A program made the position numbers and the translations under genes. A stretch of 64,000 nucleotides of DNA from Selaginella moellendorffii (taxonomy: Eukaryota; Plantae; Lycopodiophyta). This document shows positions 51,558 through 64,000 of this stretch, one piece after another. How positions within the stretch are numbered: the first letter of the stretch is position 1; every line of letters starts with the position of its first letter. The notes under the pieces are model-generated. The model worked only from the letters and a program-made list of their open reading frames with translations, was not told where the DNA came from and did no database searches. The stretch is taken from positions 596,371 through 660,370 of the forward strand of contig NW_003314353.1 of assembly GCF_000143415.4 (NCBI RefSeq), read 5' to 3'.

Positions 51558-52724
51558 TCAATTTAAGCACGAACTTGGATCATCCGCAGTTAAATCGATA
51601 GCGTTTGTGTTCTTTGAGCCGCTTGCTACGCTGAGAAAGTCTTTGATGCTCAAGTTCTTCGATGGCATCCCAGAGACTCTTCCAGCAGTTTTGTGGGATT
51701 TTCCTGCCTTGTTCTCACCACTTCCAATCGAAGAGCCTGTTTGATAGCACACCAGGTAGCTTTAACTTCCAAAAGTTAAAACAAACCTTCTTCTTTCCTC
51801 TTCTTGCGCTTGTCTTTGTATCCGGGTGGCTCCGCGGTTTTCAAGTAGCTGCCGCCGCAAGTTGTCTCGTGCCTGATCCACAAAGATGAAAGATAAAGCT
51901 AAAGCGTGAAAGTTGAAACTTTACGTATGCCAGAGGCATCGCGGATGTGAGCAGGTTCCTGTCGATCCAGCTTTGAATGTACAGTCAGCTGGCGAGGGTG
52001 CTCGATTCATCGCTCGTTTTACAAGATTCCCACAAGACTGGCACTGCAAAATAGCAAAGACTCGTCCAAAAATTGAGCGCAAAAATGTGTTCTACCGTCC
52101 AGTGATGAACACGGTAATTGTTCACTTCGTCCTTAAAGTTGTGATATACGGTGATGTTGTAGCCTTCTACAGGTCTCTGACACGGAAAAGCTAAGAATAA
52201 GTTTCGCAAAATCTAAATAGAACCTCGAAATCTTGCAAGCTGGAAACGTTGATCTCCTTCATTTTTGCAAGAAAATATTGACCATGATCACTGCCACACG
52301 AAGGAAAAAGGATGAGATCAGAAAGAAGAAAAAAACCTTTTTCTTCTTAGCTGACAACAAATACTCACTCGTGATCTTTGTTCCCATTGTCGAGAAACAG
52401 AAACGCATGAATCATCTCATGGAGAAGCGTGTTCTTGAGATCACTCACACTCCGATACTTGAGCAGCGGCTCCGAGAGGCGAATCTCGCAGCCACCGCAG
52501 AAGCTGTACTTGCAAATCCCCGCGCACCTGAGCCAAAAACAAATCCAATCGATCAAACTCTCAGAAAAATGCGATCAAAGCAAAGGATACAAAGTCATGC
52601 GTTTGCTGCTCCACTGCACACTGCAAGCGCCAAGCTTGCCTTGGAAATAGAGCGCATTGTAGTAGCAAAAGAGCGCAGTGATGTCCGGATGAGGATCAAG
52701 CAAGTCGCCATGGCGCACCTCCAT
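51558..52724 (-). CDS. SprT-like/Spartan-type DNA-dependent metalloprotease, multi-exon
   Basis: DPHPDITALF..YN..YF, WSSKRMTL|CAGIC, IRLSEPLLKYR, LLHEMIHA (HExxH), YNITVYHNF.DEV..YR.H.W, C..CG..VKRAMNRAPS. Confidence 0.9.
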
Positions 52725-54511
52725 TCCCCCTCTCCCGCCCAAAAAACCCTTTAGGGCAAACAATTTGACCCTCAATAAACCCTAATATCCGAATCCAACA
52801 ATCGCTCACATCGATTTCGCTGTCGTTGGGATTCACACCTTAATTTCTGTAAGATTCCTAACGGCTTGGTTGTGACCATGCAAAAACGGAGAAAAACAAT
52901 TCTAAAAAATTGCCTAACATATGACCGCATTTAAATTCTTACGACTTTGCAGTCACTTTGGAATGGTAAACTGTCCGGGTAGAAAAGGTCCAAACCTTTA
53001 TGCATGGGTGATATCTATATTTTATTACCGGACCATACTATATGGTTTTGTATATTCTATGCAAATGTTTACGCGCACGCACGTAGCTTCAAAGTCGAGC
53101 GGTGTTGGTGAGTGTTTTCTCATGGCGAACATGCCAAGTCTGAGCAATGTGTGTAAGCGTAGCGTGTTTGGCAGCACGCCCACATGAGGAGAAAAGACTT
53201 TACAAAAGCAACAAAGGTGGCCACCTTGCGCAGAGAGATTCTTTCTCTTGGCTTAAATTCAAAGTTTATAAGCAAAGAAGAATTGGGAAAGACTTGTCAC
53301 ACACACACACCACCGCCCCGGACGAGCGTGAGCTGGTTTCTCGAGCGAGGGAATCCAGGGCCGAGCGAAAGAGAATGCCCCCTTTTTTTTTGCGGATTCG
53401 TAGTCTACAAACTTGGCCCACCCTTGGTTTGTCGCTGCGTCAACTCCGCCGTGGCTTGTTTATAGGCCAAGGGGATGCTGCTCCACTGGAATCCAAAGAG
53501 ATGCCCACAAGTTTAAGTTGATCCGTGTGGAGGAGGTGATGTGGGTGTAAATCTTATAAGAACAACACCAAAAATAATGTGTCTCATCACGAAAGATCCA
53601 GCTTGAAAGGAACTTAGGGTTTTTTTTATTCGAAACTAACGGAATGTTCTTATTCTGTCAACATGTTATGGAAATTAGGGCTTTTGTATTCTCAAAGGCT
53701 TAACGGAATGTTTCTTACTAGGATATTCTGTCAGCCTGCTCTCCAAGGCCACAGTAAAGAGAGGCGGGAGTTGTTTGAAAACGTGCGCCTCTACAAGTGC
53801 ATTGATCGATCCACTCCACTCCAGATTTTAGGGTTCCTCGCGCGAGAAGAGAGAGAGAGAGGGGAGGAGCGCAGCTCGATCGGCAAAGGGAGGGGATCGC
53901 TCACAAGCGCATTGGATTTTGCTGCTCAATGCCGGGGAGAGAGAGGGAGGGAGAGTCCGTGCCGTGAGGATTAGGGTTTAGGGATTTGTGTAGAGCACTG
54001 TAGCGCACTGCTGCTCCTTCTCCGTTTTCTCTTCCTTCCCCGTGTCGTATTGTCGCGTTCCTCGCCTTCGTTCTTCGCGGCGCCACTGTAGCTGTGCGAA
54101 ATTCAGCGTTTCTGACCACGGCTCCTTACTATTCCAGAATTGCCGTTGTCTCTTCTGGGGCGGCTGCTGGAATCCAGTGCTGTTTGACACGCAATTTTGG
54201 GAATTTTTTCTCCTCCCATCCTCGTTTCCCCCCCATTTTTTTTTTCTCGTTCTTTGGGTGCTTCTCTGGGTTCTAAACCGAAGATCTATGGCGGCAATGC
54301 TGGAGCTCCAAGCAGCGAATTTGTGACAGGGACATCATTTCGTCCATGATTGGCATGCGAGCCCGAGAGTAAGCATTGCTCTAGCTCTTTTCTATCGAAT
54401 CAATCTCGAGAGCCAGCACGAAAAAGAAGATCTTGCAGAGGCAATTAAGTTCGCATGCCAAATTTCCAGCGCAGCCACCGAATCTGACGACTAAACTCTC
54501 TCCCCCGCTCG

Positions 54512-56866
54512 ATGCCGCCGACGAGCTTCGACTTCGCGGATTGGTGGTCCAAGCAAGATCACAGGGGAACTCCGGTGGTGGTGAAGATGGACAATCCAAA
54601 CTGGTCGATGCTGGAGATCGAGAGCCCGGGCAGTGGCGGCGCCACTACGTTTGACAAGAAGGGCAGGGGAAAGAATGCCAAGCAGCTAACTTGGGTGCTT
54701 CTCCTCAAAGCCCATCGCGCCGCTGGATGCCTGGCATGGCTCGCCCACGGCCTGTGGCTTCTTCTCAGTGCTGTGAAGAAGAGGCTCGTCCAGAAACAAG
54801 GGGTCGCCAACCCGGAGAAGTCGAACACTCACAGGGGGAAACTTCACAGGTTCATCAAGGGGTTTCTGGCATTCGCGCTGGTGATGCTGGGATTCGAGCT
54901 CATTGCTCACACTTCCGGATGGACGCCCCGGCTGCGCATGCCATCCTCGTCTTCTTTGAGCTTGCACAGCATGCTCCAGGCGGTGTACGTGTTTTGGGTC
55001 CAGTTGCGAGCAAACTACATTGCTCCTCCGCTCCAGACGCTGGCGAATTTTTGCATCGTGCTGTTCTTGATCCAGAGCGCTGACAGGATCATACTCTGCG
55101 TCGGGTGTTTGTGGATCAAGTATAGGAGGATCAAAGTGGTGGCGAATCCGGCGACTTTGGAGTCACAGGATTTGGAGCAGCCGGGTGTTGGGTTTCCCAT
55201 GGTGCTGGTTCAGGTTCCTATGTGCAACGAGCGAGAGGTAGATTGGAGTTCTGTTTTTTCACTTTGTTTCTGACTGGGGGAGTTTTTTTTTTTTTACTGG
55301 CTTTCTCTTTTCTATCCAGGTGTATGAGCAGTCAGTGTCGGCGATTTGTCAGCTTGATTGGCCCAAGGATCGATTGCTAATTCAAGTGTTGGATGACTCT
55401 GACGAGCCGGATATCCAGCTGCTTATTCAAGGGGAAGTACAGAAGTGGCGTCAAAAGGGAGTGAACATTGTTTACAGGCATCGCTTGGTTCGCAGTGGCT
55501 ACAAAGCTGGCAATTTAAAGTCTGCTATGGCCTGTGATTACGTGAAAGACTACGAGTTTGTGGCGATTTTCGACGCAGATTTCCAGCCTAAGCCCGATTT
55601 CCTGAAAGTGACTGTTCCACATCTCAAGGTAGAGCAGCGTGAATACTTTGAGTTTGTTGGTTGAGATATCTGACAATTCCATCGTTCCTTGGTGTTTACA
55701 GGAAGATCCCGAGCTGGCACTGGTTCAGGCACGGTGGTCTTTCACGAACAAGGATGAAAACCTCCTCACTCGTCTCCAGAACGTCAATCTGTCGTTCCAC
55801 TTCGAGGTGGAGCAACAGGTGAATGGAGTTTTCCTCAGCTTCTTTGGTTTCAATGGAACAGCTGGGGTCTGGCGAATTAAGGCACTTGAAGAGTCTGGTG
55901 GCTGGCTAGAGAGGACAACAGTCGAGGACATGGACATCGCTGTCCGCGCGCATTTACAAGGCTGGAAGTTCCTCTTTGTAAACGATGTTCGGGTAATTCT
56001 CTTGGCCTCCAATCTGCTCGGACTGATTTGTTTGCTCGTTGCATGTTTTCAGTGCCTCTGCGAGCTACCAGAGTCCTACGAGGCGTATAGGAAGCAGCAG
56101 CACCGATGGCACTCGGGACCAATGCAGCTCTTCCGCCTCTGCATGCCTGATATCGTCACTGCAAAGGTCCGTGTCACTTGCTTTCTCGCATAGAAAAACT
56201 TATCTTATACGTGCCGCCTTGCAGATTCCCCTCTGGAAAAAAGGCAACTTGATCTTCCTCTTCTTCTTGCTGAGAAAGCTCATACTGCCGTTCTACTCGT
56301 TTACGCTCTTCTGCATCATCCTGCCGATGACGATGTTCGTGCCGGAGTCGCACCTGCCAGTGTGGGTGATCTGCTACGTCCCGGCCGTCATGTCCTTCCT
56401 CAACGTCCTCCCGGCACCCAGATCATTCCCGTTCTTGGTACCGTACCTCCTGTTCGAGAACACCATGTCGGTGACGAAGTTTAACGCCATGATCTCCGGC
56501 CTCTTCCAACTCGGCAGCGCGTACGAATGGGTGGTGACGAAGAAAACAGGCAGAGCGTCCGAGGCGGACTTGCTGGCGGCCATATCTCGGGACTCTGCGG
56601 AAGTCCTTCCCAAGCAGCAGCAACACCTGCGAGTGGTGTCCGAGTCGGGCTTGGATCTTCTGGCCAAGCTCCAGGACAAGCCCAAGAAGGCAGGCAAGAA
56701 AGGGAATCGATTGTACAGGAAGGAGTTGACGCTCGCATTTCTACTGCTCACCGCGGCTGCAAGGAGCTTGCTCTCTGCTCAAGGGGTACACTTTTATTTT
56801 TTGCTGTTCCAAGGGATTTCGTTCCTTGTTATCGGGCTGGATTTGATCGGAGAGCAAGTGAGCTGA
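54512..56866 (+). CDS. CSLC: Cellulose synthase-like C (xyloglucan glucan synthase, GT2), 5 exons
   Basis: [56 protein letters not shown]; C-term GLDLIGEQ. Confidence 0.95.
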
Positions 56867-57501
56867 TGGTCTGTCTATGTTGACATGAGTTTTTGCAAAG
56901 TCCCATTTTTTTTTTCTTTTTTTCTTTTTAAAAGCCTCATTCAGAATATAATTTCTGGTCACGATTTCTAGCAATTGTATCGATCTCAATCTCTGTAACT
57001 TCCAGTGCCAGACAAGTTATAAATTTTAACTCATTTATTTGACCTATTACAACAGCATTATCCATCTTGTTTTTATGGAAGTGGAAACGGATGGGAATGG
57101 TGTTTGGTGGTCTCAACTCTAGCTACCTCTTACTGCTGAAAGAAAAGCTGGAGCAGTGTGATCAATTAGGTGGTGCCAAATGCTGTGAGATCATCATCTT
57201 ATTGTCTGCAGAAGCACATCAAGAAATGGTTAGACACTCCTGCACCTTGAGAATTACTGACTGCTGTAGAGACACATAAAAAACATTTGAGCATGGCAAT
57301 GTTGTTGGAGCCTCTGGAGAAGCACATGGCTCTTGGTTGTGGTGGTGCTTCTTGAAGGGATATGGCAGCAACAGCACCATGAGATGGGATGGCATTCACT
57401 TACATGCCTACCATAAGAATTAAATCTTAATCATTTGAGTTACACAATCCATTATATAATATATTATAATAACTCTTGAGGAAACCAAGGATAATTAATA
57501 T

Positions 57502-60500
57502 TGTGAGGTCCAAGTGTATGCCTACAATGCCATATATTAATATTAGCATAGTGGGATTTTGATAGCTGCTGGATTAGTTTCAATTTAGACCATTCACTTC
57601 TGTATATAAGTTAAATTTTTTGGGTTAATTAATATATACATTTCTATATTTTAATTTATATTCCATGCACTCATATTAGCGGAGGTGAGGAGTAATTTTG
57701 ATTGTCCTTGAGGAGTGTTTGGATTTGGGATTTTGATTTAGATCTAGCTTTTATAACTTTTTCAATTTCTTCTCTTTTGCTTTTTTTTTTTCGTTCATTT
57801 TCATAGCAAAGCAACAACATCTTCCTTTTTTGACTTTGGAATAGTAGTTGGTGCAATTGTTTAATGCTATGCAGTTGCAATTGAACAATCAAACTCATTT
57901 GATAGTAGCATTCACGATGTATGGTATAGTTGTTTATGCTTTTACTGCCAATCTTTGTGTCCAACCAGAGTTCTTCCATGGGAGTATTAAAGATGATATG
58001 TAACATTAGTTCAATCACTTTATAGTGATTGCCACATATTATTTTTGGGATGATGTTTAGTGTTTACGTGAGTTTCCTACATGCCTCTAAGGGACAACAT
58101 TGCAATGGTACAATAGTTTGAGTGCAGTTATTCGTGAGGATTGGAGCATTTTCCCAGACATTTTCAAATGCACATTTAGACATGTTGACGATTATGATGA
58201 TACCTTCTAACAATTGCATCGTCATTGTTAAGGGCTATCTAAGTTAGTGATGCAACTTAGCCTTCATTTCCGAAGCTTTTTATTTTGTGCAGAGCTAAAT
58301 ATGTCAGAGTGGATCAAATTGGGAATGTTGTAGCTAACACTTTGTCAAGATCTTATAAGACTTATGTATGCACTTGCTCCAACCACCCTTAATGATACTC
58401 TTCGCTTGGCACAACATTATGAAATATTGCCTCTTCCACTTCTCACTACATATCCTTTAACTCCACTTCTTATAAAAGATAGTCTTGTTCCAATGGAGTT
58501 TGATGTTATTATTACCCGAGTTCAAGGATAAGGGTGAGGATGTAATCGTGGTTGTGATGTCCGTTCCTGGGCATGTGATGAAGTTGCTCACACTTATTAG
58601 ATTGACGACTTTCATTTCCTAGATGGAGACCTTGGCATTAATAATGTTTTGTTGGTGCTACTACAGTGGAAGGTTTGGACACCGAAATGCTTTTGGGAAA
58701 TTCAAAATTGTGTGAATAGTGGAGGGTCCTTGCATGAATAAGTCAGTGACCCCTCCATCTTTTTTTCGAAAGTATCATCAAGGGGTTCACTCGGCACCAA
58801 TTCATCTAATGTTTACTTTCTAAGTTCATTTTTATAACAAGAGGTTCTATATTATCCTCTTTGTTTTGGTTAATAGGCTCAAGTTTATCTTCTATTGTTT
58901 AACCTGTTTCCACATGTTGCTGTCTACATTTGCATCATATGGCAGAGCCAATATTCATTATTTATAGCAATGGTGGTACATAGGCATATGCACAGGATGA
59001 GGCAGACCTAGTTGTGCATATGGGTGAACTTGAGTTTAAGCTATAGTCATTATGAGTGGTGCTAAGTCAAACTTTTGATCTCATCTTTGGTATGGATTGA
59101 TTATGGCATAATCATACCAAGTGTGACTTTAAAACTTCTCTCCCTTGTCTTATATTTCATTATATTTTTTCCATTCCTCTCACTTTCGTTCTTCTTCATC
59201 CCTCTACTTTTACTTGTGCTTTCATTACTTTTGTAGACTCTGCTCAGACAAGTGGAGTATGCCGATCTTTTTGAATTTGACTTGTTGTTTGGGGCTAAGA
59301 TTGCAATATGTCATCTTATTTCAACTAGGGATGTTTATTCAATCAAGGTTCTTATTTGTCATTGATAATAAAAAAAGATCAAGATTTTATATGTAAATGT
59401 TAAGGAGATGTTGGAAAATGGTGTTATTCGAAAGTCATGGAGTCCTTGGGTATGTGAACCTTATCTTGTTATGAAGCCTGATAGGAGTATTTGTTTCTGC
59501 ATTGACTGTCATCTGTTAAACAAAATGACAATCTTAAATATGTACCCTCTTCCTCACAATGTTGATTTCTTGGATCATTTGGGGATAATTCACTAAGTTA
59601 AATCTTGCTTCTGGGTACTAGCAAATGCAAATGGCTAAGGAAGATATTTCTAAAATTGTTTTTTATACACCATTTGGTTTGTACGAGTTCTTGGTGATGT
59701 CGTTTGGTCTAAACAATGCTCCAACAACTTTCTAGCAGATGATAGATGAGATTCTTTGGAATAACAGAAATGATTGTTGACTTCATTGATAATGTTTTAA
59801 TCCACTTATAATGGATGTGGGAGGAACACGTTCGTGATGTTTATTAGGTGTTGGATTAGCTACATGAAGTTGGTTTAAAGTTGAAGCAGTTGAAATGTTT
59901 ATTTGAGTCTAAGGACACAACTTATCTTGGGTATTGTATTTCTTGTGAGGGTTTACAAATTGATCTTGACAAACTTATGGGTGTTTTAAAGTTCTCTATT
60001 TCGAAGTGTATGAATGATGTGTAACACTTTTTGGGCAAGGTGTAATATCTTGGTTGTTTTGTTAATCATCTTTTTGATTGCACTGCACTATTGTAAACAT
60101 TGCTAAAGTTGCTAACATCATCTTTCATGTGGTCTGTGGATTGTGAGTAGACATTTACAGATCTTAAAGAGCTATTGATGACTCTTCCAGTTTTGGCATA
60201 TCCTAATTACACTTGACCTTTTATTTTGCACATGGATGCTTTTGATATCGGTCTTGGAGGTGTGTTTATGTCAATTTTGTTTGGTTAGGGCTGTCTCATT
60301 ATATATATCAGCCATACCTTACAACCAGCAGAGGTGAACTATTCTATGATAGAGGATTGTTTAGTAGCAGTTTGGGGTTTTGACAAACTTTATATATATC
60401 TATTTGGTTTTTAGACATTACTAAAAAGTGATCATGTTGTGATTACTTCATTATTGGAGCAGAAGAACTTGGTTGATCGTACTGCTCGATGGGCTTTAAA

Positions 60501-62095
60501 ACTTTAACTATATGGTTTTGATATTGTTCATCGCCCTAGGAGTTCTATATCTAATACTGATGCCTTTTCTCGAACTCCTCTTCTTTATTCACTTTCTTCT
60601 CATGTTTCTAATGAGTCTGTTGTTCTAGCATTTATGGATTTTTTAGACAAAGATTCTATGTTTCTTTAGTAGTTCCTGTACTTGATGTTTAATGTCCACA
60701 AAGTGCAGAGTAAGATTTACTTTCTTGTGAGGCTCAAAAGATTGAGCTGTGGATTTGAAGCCTTTATGATGGGTTTGAGAATCCTACATCACTTGCTGTT
60801 TTGGCATTTATATTCTCAATATCACCTTGAGGATGATTTTCTTTATTTTGTGTGGACGGATTTTGATGATAATTTACGGCTGGTGGTGCCTTTTATCTTT
60901 ATTCCATGCTTTCTCCATACCTACCATGATTCTTGTATTTTAGGTGGGCATATGGGACATTGTCGTGTGACCAAGAAGCTACATAAGTCTTTTATTAGTG
61001 GAGATGTGACATGATATTATCTGGTATATGCGTAGCTGTGTTTGGTGCCAAGTTCATAATAGTCCCCCTTGTGCTACGGAAATATAGTTGGAGTCAATTG
61101 TAGTTTCCCATCCATTTGAATTGGTGGTGTTTGATCTAATGAGGCCTTTTCCATGGTCGACTGTTGGTAATGAATATGTTATTATTGCTTTTGACTATTT
61201 AACTCGTTGGGTGGAAGTTGATGCTCTTGCTAGTGCGTCTACAACTATTATTGGATGCTTTCTCCTCAATTGAGTGGTGTTCTAGCATTTCTATTTGGAA
61301 CAAATTCTTTCAGATAATGGTCCTACATTTATGGCTGAGGCATTTTATATTTTGATGTCTCGGTTGGGGATATGCCACATTGTCACAAGTGCTTATCATC
61401 CACAATCAAATGGTTTGGAAGAATAGCTCATTCAGACCTTCAAAGGAATGATCGCGAAGTACGTGAACTTTTAGCATTCGAATTGGGATGGTTATTTGCC
61501 ATCTCTTTGATATGCATATATCACAGGGGTGCAAAGTTTTATTGATGTTTCACCATATAAACTCTTGTATAGTCATGATCCAATACTACCAATAGAGTTA
61601 AGTTTACCTTTGCGAGCTACTGATGCTAAGTCTTAGGATCAATATTTGAAGAGCATTCTTCCACTTGTCCAAGCAAAGTCTGTTGAACATCTAGGTCACA
61701 TACAAGTGGGACAATAATATTACTACAACTCCCATCATTGTCCACTTGTCCACTTGTCCAAAGTATAAAGTTGATGACTTGGTGTTAATTTGTTTTCCCA
61801 ATTTTACAATATATGGTTTGTTTAAGGGGCTTCTTGCTTAGTGGAAGGGACTATATCAGGTGTTATGGCAAGTTGGATCACAAGTTTATGAGGTTTAGCA
61901 TGACGTCCAACAGACCAATCCTTTAGATATTGGGTATGTGTAGTGGCTGAAACGCTTCATATAAAGGGATCAAGAACCACTAGCACCACTTATAAATCCA
62001 CTGATGCCTTCTGATGTTCCTCCAGATCCTAGCTCGTCTAAGAGAGAACCTTGACTATCTTCTATCATTCCGAGAGGAGAGGATGATGTGAGGTC
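57502..62095 (+). mobile_element. Older, heavily decayed full-length copy of the 7362 Gypsy family; 3' LTR truncated after ~9 bp
   Basis: 5' LTR at 57502-57675, PBS remnant, colinear gag/pol remnants, then PPT and tgtgaggtc at 62087. Confidence 0.9.
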
Positions 62096-62248
62096 TATTA
62101 TTGTTTATTTTAAATCCTTTAGGGCTCAATTATTTGGCTTTGTGCATTGATTGAGTCTTGTGAAGAATGGGACTTACAAATTCTCAATTGAGAGAGCAGC
62201 CAAGAAACAAAGATGCCTTAAAAACTAAGATATACTAGAAATTCAGAA

Positions 62249-62348
62249 NNNNNNNNNNNNNNNNNNNNNNNNNNNNNNNNNNNNNNNNNNNNNNNNNNNN
62301 NNNNNNNNNNNNNNNNNNNNNNNNNNNNNNNNNNNNNNNNNNNNNNNN
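62249..62348. other. Assembly gap (100 N)
   Basis: Run of N. Confidence 1.
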
Positions 62349-63026
62349 TGCTCAACAAGAGAACTCATAAGTTTGTCACCTTCCAAGAGATAATGTTTAT
62401 CACTCATGTTTTCCAACACAGGCTGATTGATATGGTTCATAGATACTTTGTCTAAATTACTGAAGTTTATATTTTGCCATGTTGTCCATAATGAAATGCT
62501 TTTTGTGGAGAAGGTAAGCTTTCTAATCTCATGCATTTGGTTTAAAACTTGTGTTCTTCTTGGAAGGTTGCCAACACTTTTGAAAAGGAATTGTGTAGGA
62601 TCTACTAGTAAGGTGGTTTTCATTCACTGTAGCTTCATTTGGAATTATATTTACCACTATGTGATAAATATAATGAGGAACTAGATTTTTAGTGGCATTT
62701 ATAAAATCATATTTTTTAACCTCAGAAGATGAGTAAATATTTCTTGGATTGGATGATAAATAAATTCTATAGCAAAAACATGGCAAATAAATACTTAGAA
62801 CTGCCAGCTAAAGAAGTGAAAGATTATTAATCCTCTAAGAGACCTACAAGAATTTCTTTAGACAAATAAGGTACTTTGGAATTTCCAGCTCTACTATGAT
62901 GCCATTTGTCAAATATAAATTTTTTTGGCTGTTATCTAGACATGATTAACAATTGTTACAGCTATCTCCAACTAGCATACTATACTTAAATAGGATTCAT
63001 GGCTTGAATTTTTTGAATGAAAAGAA

Positions 63027-63443
63027 ATGAATTATATATTGCTTCTTTTGTCAATTCTTTCTACTATAGTTTTTACACAAAGCTTAGAAGGTTTAAATGA
63101 TTCATATTGTAAAGAGTTTGATTGGGAAAAACTTATGTTATGCATTTTGAATGAAATGATAGGTATTTATGGAGACAAAGTAAATATATTTATGTATAAA
63201 GAATCAAATAAGTTCAAAAGCTATCAAAATCCAGATCCAATATTTGATAATAGAGAATTTCATATTGATCTAGCAGATGGGTCTCGTGAAACTTATATGA
63301 TTATAATTTTTACTGGCCAAGCATTTTATATAGCTGATAATTGGTATGGATGGAATAATTGGTCATTTACAGGTTGTTTTCACCATCTTAAAGATTCAGA
63401 TAGTGTAGAATTTTATGATTTTAAATCATTTTGCAATAGTTAA
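63027..63443 (+). CDS. Intronless, AT-rich small secreted protein (138 aa)
   Basis: ATG start, hydrophobic signal-peptide-like N-terminus, four Cys, aromatic C-terminal motif YMIIIFTG..F...D..YGWNNWSFTG. Confidence 0.55.
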   Translation: MNYILLLLSILSTIVFTQSLEGLNDSYCKEFDWEKLMLCILNEMIGIYGDKVNIFMYKESNKFKSYQNPDPIFDNREFHIDLADGSRETYMIIIFTGQAFYIADNWYGWNNWSFTGCFHHLKDSDSVEFYDFKSFCNS

Positions 63444-63541
63444 CATTAACACTAATTATTTTTACCTATTACTTAAGATAAATTTATCTCTAAAACTAAT
63501 TGATTACTAGTCATTGAGTTTATAAATTAAAAAATTAGATA

Positions 63542-64000
63542 TGTGAGAGCATGGAATATAGAAATAGAATACAGAATATATATATATTAATTAACCGAAA
63601 AACCTTAGCTTATATACAGGAGCAAGTGGTCTAAATTGAAACAAATTTGACAGCTATCAAAATCCCACTACACTAATTTAGTGTATGACTATTAATATTA
63701 GTATATAGCATCATAGCTATACACTTGGACCTCATATTATCCTCTCCTCTCAGAAGAATATAAGGCAGTCAAGGTTCTCTAATTGATGGGCCGGGATCTG
63801 GAGGAATATCAGGAGAAGGCACCAGTGGATCTATAGGTGGTATTAATTGTTTTTTATTCCTTTGTACAAAGCATTTCAACTATTACATATACACAATTTC
63901 TAGAGGATTAACCTGTTGCCAAAATTTATAAACTTTTAGCCCAACTTGTTACAACATCTGATATGGTCCTTTCCATTGAGTAAGGAGCCCCTTAGACAAA
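63542..64000 (-). mobile_element. Decayed Gypsy 3' LTR (63542-63736) + PPT + integrase end, reverse orientation
   Basis: Reverse complement of ~11930-12372. Confidence 0.85.

Noticed and set aside
52900-54500. Short ORFs upstream of CSLC
   Set aside because: The region looks like promoter/5'UTR (GA-rich tracts, pyrimidine-rich intron-like sequence) with no recognisable domains.

Overview
Eukaryotic, land-plant nuclear DNA. The very short introns, compact gene island and PLS-PPR fragment suggest the lycophyte Selaginella (inference). Most of 1-43.8 kb and 57-64 kb is TE-rich: a short-LTR Ty3/Gypsy family (one structurally complete copy plus four decayed ones), TRIMs, foldback elements, a 7.2-kb TIR element (Mutator-like transposase plus a ParB-like accessory gene plus an array of palindromic sites) and a composite hAT element holding gene fragments. 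Embedded in this are two paralogs of a Crinkler/RHS-type gene (heptad coiled-coil header + P-loop NTPase + PD-(D/E)xK nuclease). In the second paralog an exact 174-bp inversion flips the only intron and uncouples the header from the enzyme exon. From 43.8 to 56.9 kb lies a compact gene island: an ALT/MKS2-like thioesterase with a catalytic Asp->Asn change, a PADRE/DUF4228 gene, RBR, fructokinase, an SprT/Spartan-like protease and CSLC. There are two assembly gaps. Family assignments come from motif recognition, not database searches.
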